A stretch of DNA of 64,000 nt from Elusimicrobiota bacterium (GTDB lineage: Bacteria > Elusimicrobiota > Elusimicrobia > UBA1565 > UBA9628): NCBI GenBank assembly GCA_027319565.1, contig DAHVNA010000004.1:25522-89521 (forward strand), written 5' to 3'. Below, one piece after another: positions 18,101 to 24,836 of this stretch. Under the pieces are notes generated by a model, which did not search any database, was not told where the DNA came from, and worked only from the letters and a program-made list of their open reading frames with translations. Positions within the stretch are counted from its first letter, which is position 1; the number at the start of each line of letters is the position of its first letter. Both the position numbers and the translations under genes were made by a program.

Positions 18101-20159
18101 ATTAAAACTTGCCGGATATGGTTTCGCGCGCAATGACAAGGGAGAGATTGCGGAGGTTTATTTAAGCCGCGATGATTTTAACGCGGCAAAAAGAGCGTTC
18201 TCTGATTCCAATTCCGGCCTTAAAGAGGCCCAAGTTCGTCTCTCGAAAGCGCAGAAAGATCAGGCGGAAGCGGCAAAAAAAGAAAAAGAAATTTCCCGGA
18301 AAATGCTGGAAGCCGTGCGCGTTTCTAATGATATTGCGGGAAGTCTTAAAGCCCAGATCCTGAAAAAATATCCAAGAAAGCATAAGGAGTTGCCGGCGGA
18401 TTATTCCAAAAGATTGGACGAAAAAATTAAAAAAGCCTTGGCCGCAAACGGAGAGTATAAAGACGCCCAAAAGCGCTCAAACGTTATTTCAAAAAAATTA
18501 AACAAGGCTCGTGATGATTTAAAACTTCAGTCCGCTGTCTTGACAACCGCTCAAAAGCAGGTTAAAAATGCGGAGCAGATTCAGCGGCATTCTAAAACCT
18601 GGAGCCTTTACCACAGCCGTGATTTAATTTTAGGCTTGGACTCGGATGGCAATGTGATTCGCGCCCAGGCTTCTCCGGTTTACGGAAAATCTGTTCTGGA
18701 TGAACAATTAGCCTCGGAAAGAATCGCCGAGTATATCAAAGGGCCGCTTTATGCGGTCACGATGGATTCCGAGGGGCGCTTTAAGAATTATTACACCAGT
18801 CCCTCTAAATTGGAAAAGGCGGCCAAGAGTTGGGTCTTAAAGTCAAAGACTATCGATGGCGAGAAAAACGTGTTTGAGTCTAAAAACCATCTCAATCCCG
18901 CCTTGCGCATCAGCCATTACGAAGAGAATATCAACGGGAAAAATTATGCCGTTCTTCTCAATCAGCGTTATCTGGAAGAAAGCGCGAAAAATGTCTCTTC
19001 CCATCTTCCCTTCAAAAAATATTGGGGCGCGATGCCTTGGCGCTGGGGGAGTTTGCTCATGGAAGTCCCGCGCGAAATTGTCGGATTTCCCATCGAATGG
19101 GGCGCCGGCCGCGACCCGAGGTTCCAGCATTATCTTGGGCGCGTGGCGATGTATAAGGCCGAAGGCGGCGAGACCGAGCATCATGGGTTTTTCCGAAATG
19201 TGGCCGGAGCTTTGGATGTTCTCAATTTCTTGCCCGATCCGGTCACTCCTTATTATGATTTGAGCCAGTTCCCGCCGGATTTGCGCGTCGGGCAGTCCAC
19301 GATCATGCCCGGAGAAAGCGAGGCTTCTTTGAGCGGTCGCTATAAAGACAAGAATATCCATTTAGGGGCTCGCTTTTTGGCGCGACTGCTTCGCTACTAT
19401 CAGGAAGACATCAATGCCGCGCGTTTAAGAACCCTGGCCCATTTCCGCGGCGGGGTTTCTGAGTTTGTGATTAGCGAGATGCAGGGGCGGGAAAAACCAT
19501 ATGAAGAATCTCAAAAGAAAGGGGGCGTTGGAGAAAAAGCCCTGGTCGAGGCGTTAAGCGAGAAGGACTTGGGATTATCCCCTAAAGCCGATGGTTCCGG
19601 GGAAATCGTTTTGTCGGGAAAACCCGATGATATTTGGGTTAACCGCGCCCAAAAAACGGTTCATATCGACGCCGGCGCCCGGGAGTATCAAGCTGATTCC
19701 AAAGAAGCTCACGATTATGTCAACCCGGTAGAAAAAGAGCTTCCGTCCAACAAAAACGATTTGGCGTCTCTTAAGCTCAAGAGCGTGGAAATTGAACGGA
19801 TGAGAAAGGCTAGCGAGGTTTTGGATTCCAACGCTAGAGTTGCGGCTGAGAGTCTTCACAAAGACGTTTATGGACGGGAGATTCGGATTCTTTCCCAGAG
19901 AGAAGTCGAAGATCGCCTCCGAGCGGACCGGGCTCGCGAAAAGTCGCTTCAAAAGCGAATTTCCTGGTGGCGGCGCTATGTCCGTCGTTTGGAAAAACTA
20001 GAGCCGGCGCTTCAAGTTTCTTTTGTCCCCCATGCGATTTTATCTCTCAAGGACAAATTTTTATCCTACGCCGCCAAGATTATGCTTTTCTTTGGAACTC
20101 TCGCGACGGTTGCGGGGGCGGTTTTTAAGAAGAAAAAGCGGAGAAAGAATGTTCTATAA
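6180..20159 (+). CDS. Giant 4659-aa secreted/envelope protein (hydrophobic helices, coiled coils, Q/N-rich segment, beta-barrel-like block, tandem TolC-like repeats, C-terminal TM anchor)
   Basis: Uninterrupted 13,980-nt ORF with ATGA overlap; signal peptide; C-terminal TM helix + KKKKRRK; domain calls made by eye. Confidence 0.9.
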   Translation: MIPKKFKKFLCAFLALSLILLSPGTRFYTLLAADTPKEDSSDPLGNPLSLPNQSLDPSAAFELGSELPSPAPSAAPVLPLAPGPNLQETQTNNEIPQTRPPIPAQARLEALPQAKDQPPKQVSQPMAHLQEQNKQNEKADRESFSPESSALASAALFDGAGRMGGSGPPIEPPAGGSEAALPPQSPRGPPGVSIFYENILGYRKVVGLKHDSNLSRLPLNAKTPQIIDQISRQFHISRARVIELASHVGLKENSPNAEWDAVYLGLQKLNAQRFQHFDAQKYHLGFRQMANLSYETGWKGGLKRSLEIQKHLLGFFARFPYHLFDVFVLGYFRQNISYTFAHSTEDFLSLADAEGGLVVATENAEKFFRRVLRERAISGKGETLSSRFLATRLGRAVRMFGHVAPLPLLAFLRRRLIMAVASAVAMGILGALAPGVAILHLSLLSIPVMGPLLVAGANSLPVFIAGIPGLGGIFAPVVAAATAALMKDLVLGPLLNTFILSTIFTLPQSLDQHRRRLEAEHPLDSIGWSQALASAVFAREFWKFFILQDLKFFLGLLTVGSEIQGILSYGTQIDAGLTPAWHAATGHDFHGFHGLFSAFEAPKGQSVIPFGGAITWGNLLLYKTESALGFNLSDAVMHGLNSHTAGASAIAVTRAASAPGKPLPFDPTLYKKSPKEVEKRIAELEKSAGNFKDEMASARAQELKLRKDLALVQKDEAGLKAQNKPLTATELKAYQAQLEKLKQAQNQRYIRSKLSENRDLNHPQSEDERLHRLEEKLNALASQTREDRIGYAEDKEIHPGILKSVLSNLDQKIGIDTGKSKDSISQVNPKTQKKIEDLVKEIKTLRTNAAAQMKMRDATTKVLEVVSKARDQALKNRRNGQDMMNFIQSLSQVSAVMDFALGLREINAAQNAIGGMENLLNTNIQNINQSQALSQQNQAAAQQAESNLPAWQQEVTQQTQADQAQQNQLSSDFTEASSAVQVFTSIQSVLPSLMGTIASHEGVASGSFDAEAQALASKFQLRLSELGQVSYWRTNGNPNDPSAFSLKGFKNILSEVQSNLQLAQNGLSEIQTAPVNAWALIIKDVPGGPGISNSMSLSEVLSARKSYWEGQMQTFQQDLNSVQAMLDPNNQTMLTDEFGRSYPQSLPVWESQASQTLNQAQSSINSITSQMDQLSSQITQAGGTALPQLSGLSLAQLQTAVQSYGTALENIQIPNNGTPQAFQASLDLVKLASLLPQAAWLVIQGSEAQTTVTTIQNALQNTVPQAQSAMKQAVNMVQNIINDVDADQAFVAQFPSANANPQPSQAQEQALISRKENLLQNDIITPLTAIQGAVENTLIPYQESSIQQVSQNGDYQELFSAENSLITQTMQLNDKTIPWGLISFGGSPGNTSGSLASLQSWQTNFSNLLQTVTTDKTQVDQRQDPNFNGNETVDYLKDSNYPGGGPYSLPKKITLYTAEMNQRAQQINTQDAQVNQILTKIQALSGGKYNLSAYQLPTNVPANQAGYNQINGLVNNGNLTNLATQLQNIAKQAGSASSINVGGGGLAVKTGNQPSPTVSNAQELALLALDAAKILAPSPGSSPNSPSISFSIARFLYSYSTVQSSQQELATEIPQAEKFLTDAINALNNAQAQLKQDQAYINSGGNSPPTNTVYQNQIAMLNSLQSVLQEGMAFFNLKINTYDPESLGTVNEVATYYNALANQVYGSGSTVDQGDLTAMNSMMSALQNTMNGLNQTKSELLSWMGQLNSPYDSALRRTSDAISQIQDDTRKVLESNHKWTKLKKQLSRADQILKADMDLIQDKQGELTHLIGNLHDDGWDRLPNHIKKEVASLHLSDSGWGMGLNSSSGASALVIKKSSFPDFVHNILSSLSGGQNASSADIGSLGQSILSNPQNISQLIPGAQIMNLGDSADGFYLVYQTGFGVPYGLSSTEQVTLGNVAHVMGSNLSVMAYDTYAPPETGGASNAPWGDKGIGVQVETLRENDVNYFEAIIHHDILDVPPNMSFASQANESRLLLFDDYALLLMNGKLYVGLSGFGDAAAQNSANQPYYYGANAKTSIQLTPVMSLNADQQALFAKDPRQFFETANLDFTGLDPSLNQTFDIAAHGASANFYETKVGPKFDVASLLKQAGVVSKSDNNPFTVDLYYANYAGTYDITQQTLGTTILKGFAIYGQDDSGKRVPIVNITNTATGELGQQYNIAIDQLSVELPQNGIVFSAEGQMLGPADAYYAQIGKKLNGHSDVSIGYGSPFVGYNNRLSLMFNTSASLSQLWNDVTRSASEDLNGGKALKNYQKRMTDFLKPQKGQKELNELKSVFAKDVGRRLIEQKIGTLDHDIKDLRSAGAILDNVKVIGDAGFVSGPVSNDPAELAATGGFMTGTETMMTLSKTQKELLDSKVVSLYKNGLLLQSRLVQLTKDWEENALQIVKARLAVERATFLLENSSSVIEREKANTRLAAALEKLGEARVRYNIMAGKNPDSATPFDDLNLADVQNLVKEIHSLVAAPDRLKKILSSLDKTSLKDRIGQDRFNIMDWIPFVDQFTFGIGTQIQDLMAGQIFGVGGTLRLPFYDPSSKDKNKSYVLKSAADIKEMEDIHSQYRLLANNEREEAAIWGQTAQQMTSALPQTGSDLEFALKAYRNGLISRDELRQAINLWSLNARATVNSQSRAAAAGAWAEMDSAVGEKPPAQAPPISVSNLGDAIQTAFKNSSLESLALHQEEFQALAKADNHVTQKFWINLMIGADLTATGTGFLPSFGFTGFPILPIPGARFQPEELRELQVSSDKGKSAYYGALESKLKIETALQMYQDVVQAKTAQSVIAQVDQKVIPDLNEKLSQAATSGDRARMSQIKKEIFNAKLWRAQMVLINDEAHSALNVLMGRPADSGLSIDLSPEEAYQQLEETLKNQNLPDIQKTIFDARVQVAEAYQKMVDKNLKVQEVSADPISLTARTIGRLINALSEEDSGRADKVMAARLRLLMEERQKNSFDSSLASLRARSQARLEMIDSNIERLSEKGDPLSLAQAQELKGEKAVIKASLLSLAAKPSEKANSAILPTSFAELRRRLIDKEEAMVRPPRLDSLPSAPAPGLEKAPAEMFMRYFYAQQTLDETPINRGFLEPWIELRLKNHDTPQADLIALAKLSQDRANRLDKIARERAAALADAELADFTENVRFLNWAESHHNGKDKADWDDMIHSIRQKVLSQSEEIWALLNLPRAQGQSMEERLRLLSNLVPEFSGTKSSGELSRLLKEIDSSEGKARIARLLGLDAFGAGNSKDLFMNQIRADVLSEHMSYQGITPIAAFGIFRGTPVFGGFLEAPDPQEIERGLTNILSDSIREELKAQGQFKKLEMVLYTQMARVSGGMKEVQADSRLLAAATADLKQKEWTSDHNPDSLKDKKDFLEAKKNLVAAWGNLVKDSADLKSNFVSLVAELKALGQKGNSKSPAASLKNLSLGDERVLEDHGLPSTPSERGLLGYWTDRMEDPDFIAQQDRYLEGLGISRQMIDSVDSVARLYRTAIRDSKDVTAEDFSSQERLRLLAQNDARGKRNLLIFGLSALKTEIEKKDPQLGFLRGDLERQLSLSDQKRTEYAQAALQLRDAYWHAVSVSPRAEAAFKALEADHQKLVLAKDALIDSYFASPLKNDEFILRDGLLDDYLKAQQVFDEDIIRTLDLKEVQGNAELMRTLDALYDARKSLNRQIDFKEAGRGILALDALVMLEKSRLFDERWEGRSERSIDAVSLKIADLESKKADWLKHGSKLYPLYAQTRIDKNGHRLWTTESWLGQDELKERMNLKDTDKDKIIEIKGRYFLKSDSSVEFLGGTDALERRKLEAQNGMKSDESAIALAERLGKYDFALENGENGYSVKDLFGPTGLLSQGKVLFFEAPDPKDPGRLHYRLPALAAWARSPERYEIYVYTGKGDLSTDKFQTLESLKSSPLKGDFNRVYLSKKGAVDLADFFAQRRRAELRAGYAELKLAGYGFARNDKGEIAEVYLSRDDFNAAKRAFSDSNSGLKEAQVRLSKAQKDQAEAAKKEKEISRKMLEAVRVSNDIAGSLKAQILKKYPRKHKELPADYSKRLDEKIKKALAANGEYKDAQKRSNVISKKLNKARDDLKLQSAVLTTAQKQVKNAEQIQRHSKTWSLYHSRDLILGLDSDGNVIRAQASPVYGKSVLDEQLASERIAEYIKGPLYAVTMDSEGRFKNYYTSPSKLEKAAKSWVLKSKTIDGEKNVFESKNHLNPALRISHYEENINGKNYAVLLNQRYLEESAKNVSSHLPFKKYWGAMPWRWGSLLMEVPREIVGFPIEWGAGRDPRFQHYLGRVAMYKAEGGETEHHGFFRNVAGALDVLNFLPDPVTPYYDLSQFPPDLRVGQSTIMPGESEASLSGRYKDKNIHLGARFLARLLRYYQEDINAARLRTLAHFRGGVSEFVISEMQGREKPYEESQKKGGVGEKALVEALSEKDLGLSPKADGSGEIVLSGKPDDIWVNRAQKTVHIDAGAREYQADSKEAHDYVNPVEKELPSNKNDLASLKLKSVEIERMRKASEVLDSNARVAAESLHKDVYGREIRILSQREVEDRLRADRAREKSLQKRISWWRRYVRRLEKLEPALQVSFVPHAILSLKDKFLSYAAKIMLFFGTLATVAGAVFKKKKRRKNVL

Positions 20160-20178
20160 TGGGGACTGTCCCCATTAT
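20156..20178. repeat. Perfect 23-bp palindrome ATAATGGGGAC-T-GTCCCCATTAT
   Basis: 11-bp arms with a 1-nt spacer; overlaps the giant gene stop codon. Confidence 0.85.
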
Positions 20179-20184
20179 GTTTAA

Positions 20185-21354
20185 ATGAATATCAAAATAT
20201 CGGCGCTGACGGTTTTGATGGCGTGTTTAACGCCCAGTCTCTATGCCGGAGCTTTCTCCCGGAGCGTTGTCCAAGGCAACGGCGTCATGCCGATGAATTT
20301 TTCTGGGGTCTCAAGTTTTGAGATTTTGCCTCAGAATGCGGCGGCTTTGTCTCCGAGTCTTGGAACGTCTTTAAACGAGGCTGCGCCCGTTTTGCCAAGT
20401 CCTGTTCCCCCTGCGGTTCCATCGGAGGCTTTTTCGGCCATGCCCGTCAACCCTCGCTTTTCCGCTTCGTCTTCTCAAATTCAGCTTGGGGGAGGGGCCG
20501 CTCAAGGCCCTTTAGCGCGGAATTATTCCTCAGTCTCAAAGAATCAGGGCTTCCCTTTTTTTAAAAATATCCGGCATCGCGCTCTTGAGATGCGAGAGCC
20601 TCTTCAGAATCTGAAGGCCTGGGAAAATGACGCCAAAAAATCGGCCGAAAATGGGCGAAAAATTAGCGATGATTTATGGCGGCTCTTATCCCAAGGAAAC
20701 TCCTTGCCCCAAAGACCATTGTCTAAGAACGCCTTGCCTCAATCCAATGCCTCGCCTCTCAATTCTCTTTTGTCTGCCCAGCCCAATTCATCCAATGCGG
20801 CTTTTTCTCAAGGCTTAAAAAACGCCCCTTTCTCTGATTCCTTATCGGGGCCAAACCCGGCGCAAAGTCCTTTGCCCACGCTTGCCTCGGGGCGGGATCC
20901 AGCGGTTTCGGCAATTGGAGAAATTCCCTCCCCGGGAGATTCCGGAAATGAAATTTTTCTCGGCTCTTTGACAAAGCCCTCAAGGTCGGTCGAGATGGGG
21001 AGCGGTTTCGGGGGAGATTTACTATCGGACATTTCGTTTGTCGGCCGATTTCCGGTTTTAATCGTCATGCGCGTAGCTCGGCGGGTTTTAGATTTTTCCC
21101 TTTTCCGCGGGATGTGGAGTATTTCTCAAGGGTCCTCTCGAAGCGCGTCTTTGGGTTCCAATCCCAAGCGGGTTCTTTTTATCGCGTTTAACTCCAAGGG
21201 AGTTTCAATGCGTTCTCCTTCCGCGTTGAGCCTGGTTTCAGCCGCCGACATGCCGCCCTTATCTGGAACCGATGACGTGGCAAAATGGTGGCTTTCCTTG
21301 AGCCTGTTGCCAATTCTAGTCGCGGCCTTTTTATTTCGCCGCTCATTTTTGTGA
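20185..21354 (+). CDS. Hypothetical secreted Ser/Pro-rich protein with C-terminal TM + RR tail
   Basis: Signal peptide, low-complexity body, ends WWLSLSLLPILVAAFLFRRSFL. Confidence 0.7.
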   Translation: MNIKISALTVLMACLTPSLYAGAFSRSVVQGNGVMPMNFSGVSSFEILPQNAAALSPSLGTSLNEAAPVLPSPVPPAVPSEAFSAMPVNPRFSASSSQIQLGGGAAQGPLARNYSSVSKNQGFPFFKNIRHRALEMREPLQNLKAWENDAKKSAENGRKISDDLWRLLSQGNSLPQRPLSKNALPQSNASPLNSLLSAQPNSSNAAFSQGLKNAPFSDSLSGPNPAQSPLPTLASGRDPAVSAIGEIPSPGDSGNEIFLGSLTKPSRSVEMGSGFGGDLLSDISFVGRFPVLIVMRVARRVLDFSLFRGMWSISQGSSRSASLGSNPKRVLFIAFNSKGVSMRSPSALSLVSAADMPPLSGTDDVAKWWLSLSLLPILVAAFLFRRSFL

Positions 21355-21359
21355 AAACG

Positions 21360-22094
21360 ATGAAAAATCGCAATCGCGTCGGTCTTTTTTGCATGGGAGC
21401 TTTGCTCGTTCTCGCCGGTTGCGGCGGAGCTCCTAGAAAAATCGTGGTTTTGGATTTTGCCGAGGGCCGGGTTGTCGATCTCTCGATTACCGAAAAATTG
21501 ACCGGAGTCAACGATTATGTCTTTTTCTCTCTTCCCAAAAAAAGCGAGTTTTTAGACGGGTATATTCAGGGCGTTGTGACCGATTATGCCGACAATCCCA
21601 TTCAAGGGGTGGTGGTCCGCGCCGTGGCCTCCGCAGAAGGCCAGGAAAGTCAAGATCAATTTGATACCGGGGAAAAAGCTTTGGCGGTCAGCTCTTTTGA
21701 TCCCGGGGTCAGCGATTCAAACGGCTTTTACCGAATTCGTTTTTCCTTGCCTATTGTCAACGGCATTGTCGATGTTCGAGGGAAATTGGTGTACAACCCC
21801 GGCTGGGAAGAAGAGAAAGCCAATCTTGGAAAAGCCTATGAGCCTCAGATGAAACAGAGTCCGTTTAGGCTTTATTACGAGGAAAAAACCGGGATGATTG
21901 TTTTTGCGGAAGGAATACGCAAGGTGATTGTCTCTCCAGTCCGCAGTCTTTCCGGCGGGACAGCCATGGCCCCTTTGCCGGGAACATTGCCGCCTTCGTC
22001 TCAATCCGCGGCTTCTCCACAAAAGAAAGAATCAAAGCCAGCGGCCTCTAAGTCGGAAGACGATCTCTTTAAGGGATTTGGATTTGGCCCTTAG
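21360..22094 (+). CDS. Lipoprotein with carboxypeptidase-regulatory-like (transthyretin-fold) domain
   Basis: Lipobox LAGC; IQGVVTDYADNPIQGVVV ... SDSNGFYRI. Confidence 0.75.
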   Translation: MKNRNRVGLFCMGALLVLAGCGGAPRKIVVLDFAEGRVVDLSITEKLTGVNDYVFFSLPKKSEFLDGYIQGVVTDYADNPIQGVVVRAVASAEGQESQDQFDTGEKALAVSSFDPGVSDSNGFYRIRFSLPIVNGIVDVRGKLVYNPGWEEEKANLGKAYEPQMKQSPFRLYYEEKTGMIVFAEGIRKVIVSPVRSLSGGTAMAPLPGTLPPSSQSAASPQKKESKPAASKSEDDLFKGFGFGP

Positions 22095-22114
22095 TCCGTT
22101 GCGAACCTTTCATC

Positions 22115-23275
22115 ATGATGAAATCGGCTTACCTCGATTATAACGCGACGACTCCCATTCGGCCGGAGGTCATGGAAGCGGTCCTTCCCTTTTTGAAAGA
22201 CGGCTTTGCCAATCCCAATAGTCCCTATCGGATCGGACAAGAAGTTCGCCGCTCGCTTGAGCTGGCGCGCGAGCGGGTGGCGCGTCTTTTAGGCGCTAAA
22301 AATCCGAGCGAAATCATTTTTACTTCCTCCGGTTCCGAAGCCAACTCCGCCGCCCTTTACGGAGCCGCTTGGCATTCCTTGCAGCAAAGCGGGAGAAACA
22401 AAATTATCGTCAGCGCCGTCGAGCATGAAAGCGTTCGCGAGACTCTCCCGATTTTGTCGAGTCAAGGTTTTAAGATTTATGAGACCGGGGTGGACTCAAA
22501 CGGGCTCATCAATTGTGAGTCTCTGCTAGAGGCCATCGATGAGCGCACGGCCTTGGTTTCAGTGATGCACGCCAATAACGAGACCGGAGTTGTCCAGCCC
22601 ATCGAAAAAATAGCGGCTTTTTGCCAAGACAGAGGAGTCTTGTTTCACTCCGACGCGGTTCAATCCGCGGGGAAAATAGCCCTTGATGTTGAGAGTTTGG
22701 GCGTGGATTTGTTGTCGATTTCCGGCCATAAATTGGGCGCGCTTAAAGGCGCGGGGGCTTTGTATATTCGAACAGGGGTCAAACTCTTTCCGCTCATTGC
22801 CGGGCTTCAGGAAAAAAGGCGTCGGGGCGGAACCGAAAATGTGATTGGAATCGTCGCGCTTGGAGTTGCCTCCCAGTTAAGTTTATCCGAGTTGTCTTCT
22901 TTTCAGAGATATTTATCTTGGCAAAAACAAATTGAAGAGGGGTGTCTTTCTGTTTCTGGCGTGCGCTTAAATGGGGGCAAGGCGAAACGCTTGCCGAATA
23001 CCTCGAATTTTTCAATTGAGGGCGTTGACGGACATTCTCTGGCAATCGCGTTTGATTTGGCGGGGGCGTGCGTTTCTAGCGGTTCTGCGTGCGCGACCGG
23101 ACTCTCAAGCCCGTCTCATGTTCTCCGCGCGATGGGTCTTTCTAAAGACTTAGTCAAAGGCGCCTTGCGCGTTTCAACGGGATGGAGAACCACCCAAGAA
23201 GAGGTCGATTACTTTATTAAAGTTTTCCCAAGCGTGGTTAATAAAATGCGCTCGGTTTCTTTGGTTCCGGCATGA
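22115..23275 (+). CDS. iscS: Cysteine desulfurase (IscS/NifS group I)
   Basis: YLDYNATTP, ANNETG, SGHK (PLP Lys), SSGSAC (catalytic Cys); adjacent to mnmA. Confidence 0.95.
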   Translation: MMKSAYLDYNATTPIRPEVMEAVLPFLKDGFANPNSPYRIGQEVRRSLELARERVARLLGAKNPSEIIFTSSGSEANSAALYGAAWHSLQQSGRNKIIVSAVEHESVRETLPILSSQGFKIYETGVDSNGLINCESLLEAIDERTALVSVMHANNETGVVQPIEKIAAFCQDRGVLFHSDAVQSAGKIALDVESLGVDLLSISGHKLGALKGAGALYIRTGVKLFPLIAGLQEKRRRGGTENVIGIVALGVASQLSLSELSSFQRYLSWQKQIEEGCLSVSGVRLNGGKAKRLPNTSNFSIEGVDGHSLAIAFDLAGACVSSGSACATGLSSPSHVLRAMGLSKDLVKGALRVSTGWRTTQEEVDYFIKVFPSVVNKMRSVSLVPA

Positions 23276-24342
23276 ATCAGCGAGTGATCGTAGCGATGTC
23301 TGGCGGCGTCGACAGCTCGGTGGCGGCCGCGTTATTAGTCGAACAGGGTTTTGAGGTCATTGGAGTGACCCTTCAACTCTTGCCCGGGGCTTCGACCGGC
23401 TTTGGCTGTTGCGGATCTCCCGCCGATATCGCCGATGCCAAGGCGGTGGCCTCTCGCCTGGATATTTCTCATTATGTTATCACCATGGATGAACTTTTTG
23501 AAGATAAGGTCATTCGCCCTTTTGTCGAATCCTACCTTCGGGGAGATACGCCAAACCCCTGCGCTCTTTGTAACCGCTTCGTCAAATTTGGGCATCTTTT
23601 GGGTCTTGCCCAGGCTTGGGATGCCGGTTTTCTCGCCACTGGTCATTACGCGCGCGTCAAAGAGGGAAAACTTTACCGCGCCCAAGATGAAAACAAGGAC
23701 CAGACTTATTTTCTTTATAATTTGGGCCCGCGCGAATTGTCTCGCTTGGTTTTTCCAGTCGGAGATTTGTCAAAGCCCGAGGTTCGCTCTTATGCCAGAC
23801 GCCTTGGTCTTGAGACCGCGGATAAACCCGAAAGTCAGGAAATTTGTTTTATTCCCAATCGCGATTACCGCGGATTTGTCAAATCCCATCCTTTGAGTGC
23901 GGGCCTTGATTCCGCTCTTAAATCCGGTCCGATTAAAGATGTTTCCGGACGAGAACTGGGTCGCCATCAGGGAACAGTCGATTATACGATCGGGCAAAGA
24001 AAAGGGCTTGTCTCCGGCTCTCCCGCGCCCAAATATGTCGTGCGCTTGGATCCTAAAAATCAAACGGTCATTGTTGGAGAAAAAGAACAGACCCTGTCTT
24101 CCGTGTGCGAAATCTCTGATATGATCTGGACTTCCGGAATTCCCGTCGCGGAGGGGCAGGCGTCGGTTCGCATTCGCCATCGCCATCCGCCAGCGCCGTC
24201 TAATTTTTCTATGACCGAAGAGGGGCGGATTCGCGTTCGTTTCGATTTTCCCCAGCGGGCTGTTACTCCGGGGCAATCGGCGGTTTTTTATCAAGGAGAA
24301 GAAGTGCTTGGGGGTGGAATGATTAAGGAGGTTATTGAATGA
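23272..24342 (+). CDS. mnmA: tRNA 2-thiouridine(34) synthase
   Basis: MSGGVDSSV, TPNPC, ATGHYAR, KDQTYFL, ESQEICF, TPGQ. Confidence 0.98.
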   Translation: MNQRVIVAMSGGVDSSVAAALLVEQGFEVIGVTLQLLPGASTGFGCCGSPADIADAKAVASRLDISHYVITMDELFEDKVIRPFVESYLRGDTPNPCALCNRFVKFGHLLGLAQAWDAGFLATGHYARVKEGKLYRAQDENKDQTYFLYNLGPRELSRLVFPVGDLSKPEVRSYARRLGLETADKPESQEICFIPNRDYRGFVKSHPLSAGLDSALKSGPIKDVSGRELGRHQGTVDYTIGQRKGLVSGSPAPKYVVRLDPKNQTVIVGEKEQTLSSVCEISDMIWTSGIPVAEGQASVRIRHRHPPAPSNFSMTEEGRIRVRFDFPQRAVTPGQSAVFYQGEEVLGGGMIKEVIE

Positions 24343-24836
24343 AAAAAATCTTTATTTTTTTGGCCGCTTTATCGGCGTCTTTAGCTTGCGCGCCATCGAC
24401 TAAACTTTTTTCCGATTCGTCTTCCCGCGCGATGGATGAAGAAGCTTCCAAAGCGCAGGTCCAGGCGGCCGAATCTCAGACTCTTTCTTTCTTGGGAAAT
24501 ATTGATTCCGCCATTGCCGCCTACTATCATGACCGCGGCTCTATTCCTCCCGATATCAAATCCTTGGTTCCCAAATATTTATTTGAAATTCCGGTCGTGG
24601 AATTGGGACTTCCTAACTATAGAAATACTCGGATGGTGACGGTTTATCCGCCCAGTATTTTAAAGAACGGCAGAGTCGATGGCAAGAAGATTAAAAATAC
24701 CGGCGGCTGGGGATATGTCGTCAATGGAAACCAGGTGATCGCTTTTGTCGATGCAACGGCGGCTCTTCGCTATCCCATAGAGCCTCACGCGCCTAAATAC
24801 TGGTATCAGCAATCCGGGGCCAGGCTTACTCCTTAA
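24339..24836 (+). CDS. Lipoprotein with GspG/pseudopilin-like globular domain
   Basis: Lipobox LAC; LGNIDSAIAAYYHDRGSIPPDIKSLVPKYLFEIP. Confidence 0.65.
   Translation: MKKIFIFLAALSASLACAPSTKLFSDSSSRAMDEEASKAQVQAAESQTLSFLGNIDSAIAAYYHDRGSIPPDIKSLVPKYLFEIPVVELGLPNYRNTRMVTVYPPSILKNGRVDGKKIKNTGGWGYVVNGNQVIAFVDATAALRYPIEPHAPKYWYQQSGARLTP

Noticed and set aside
6180..20159. Giant protein as NRPS/PKS, RTX adhesin, Rhs/CdiA toxin or phage tape measure
   Set aside because: No catalytic or repeat motifs of those families and no phage genes nearby
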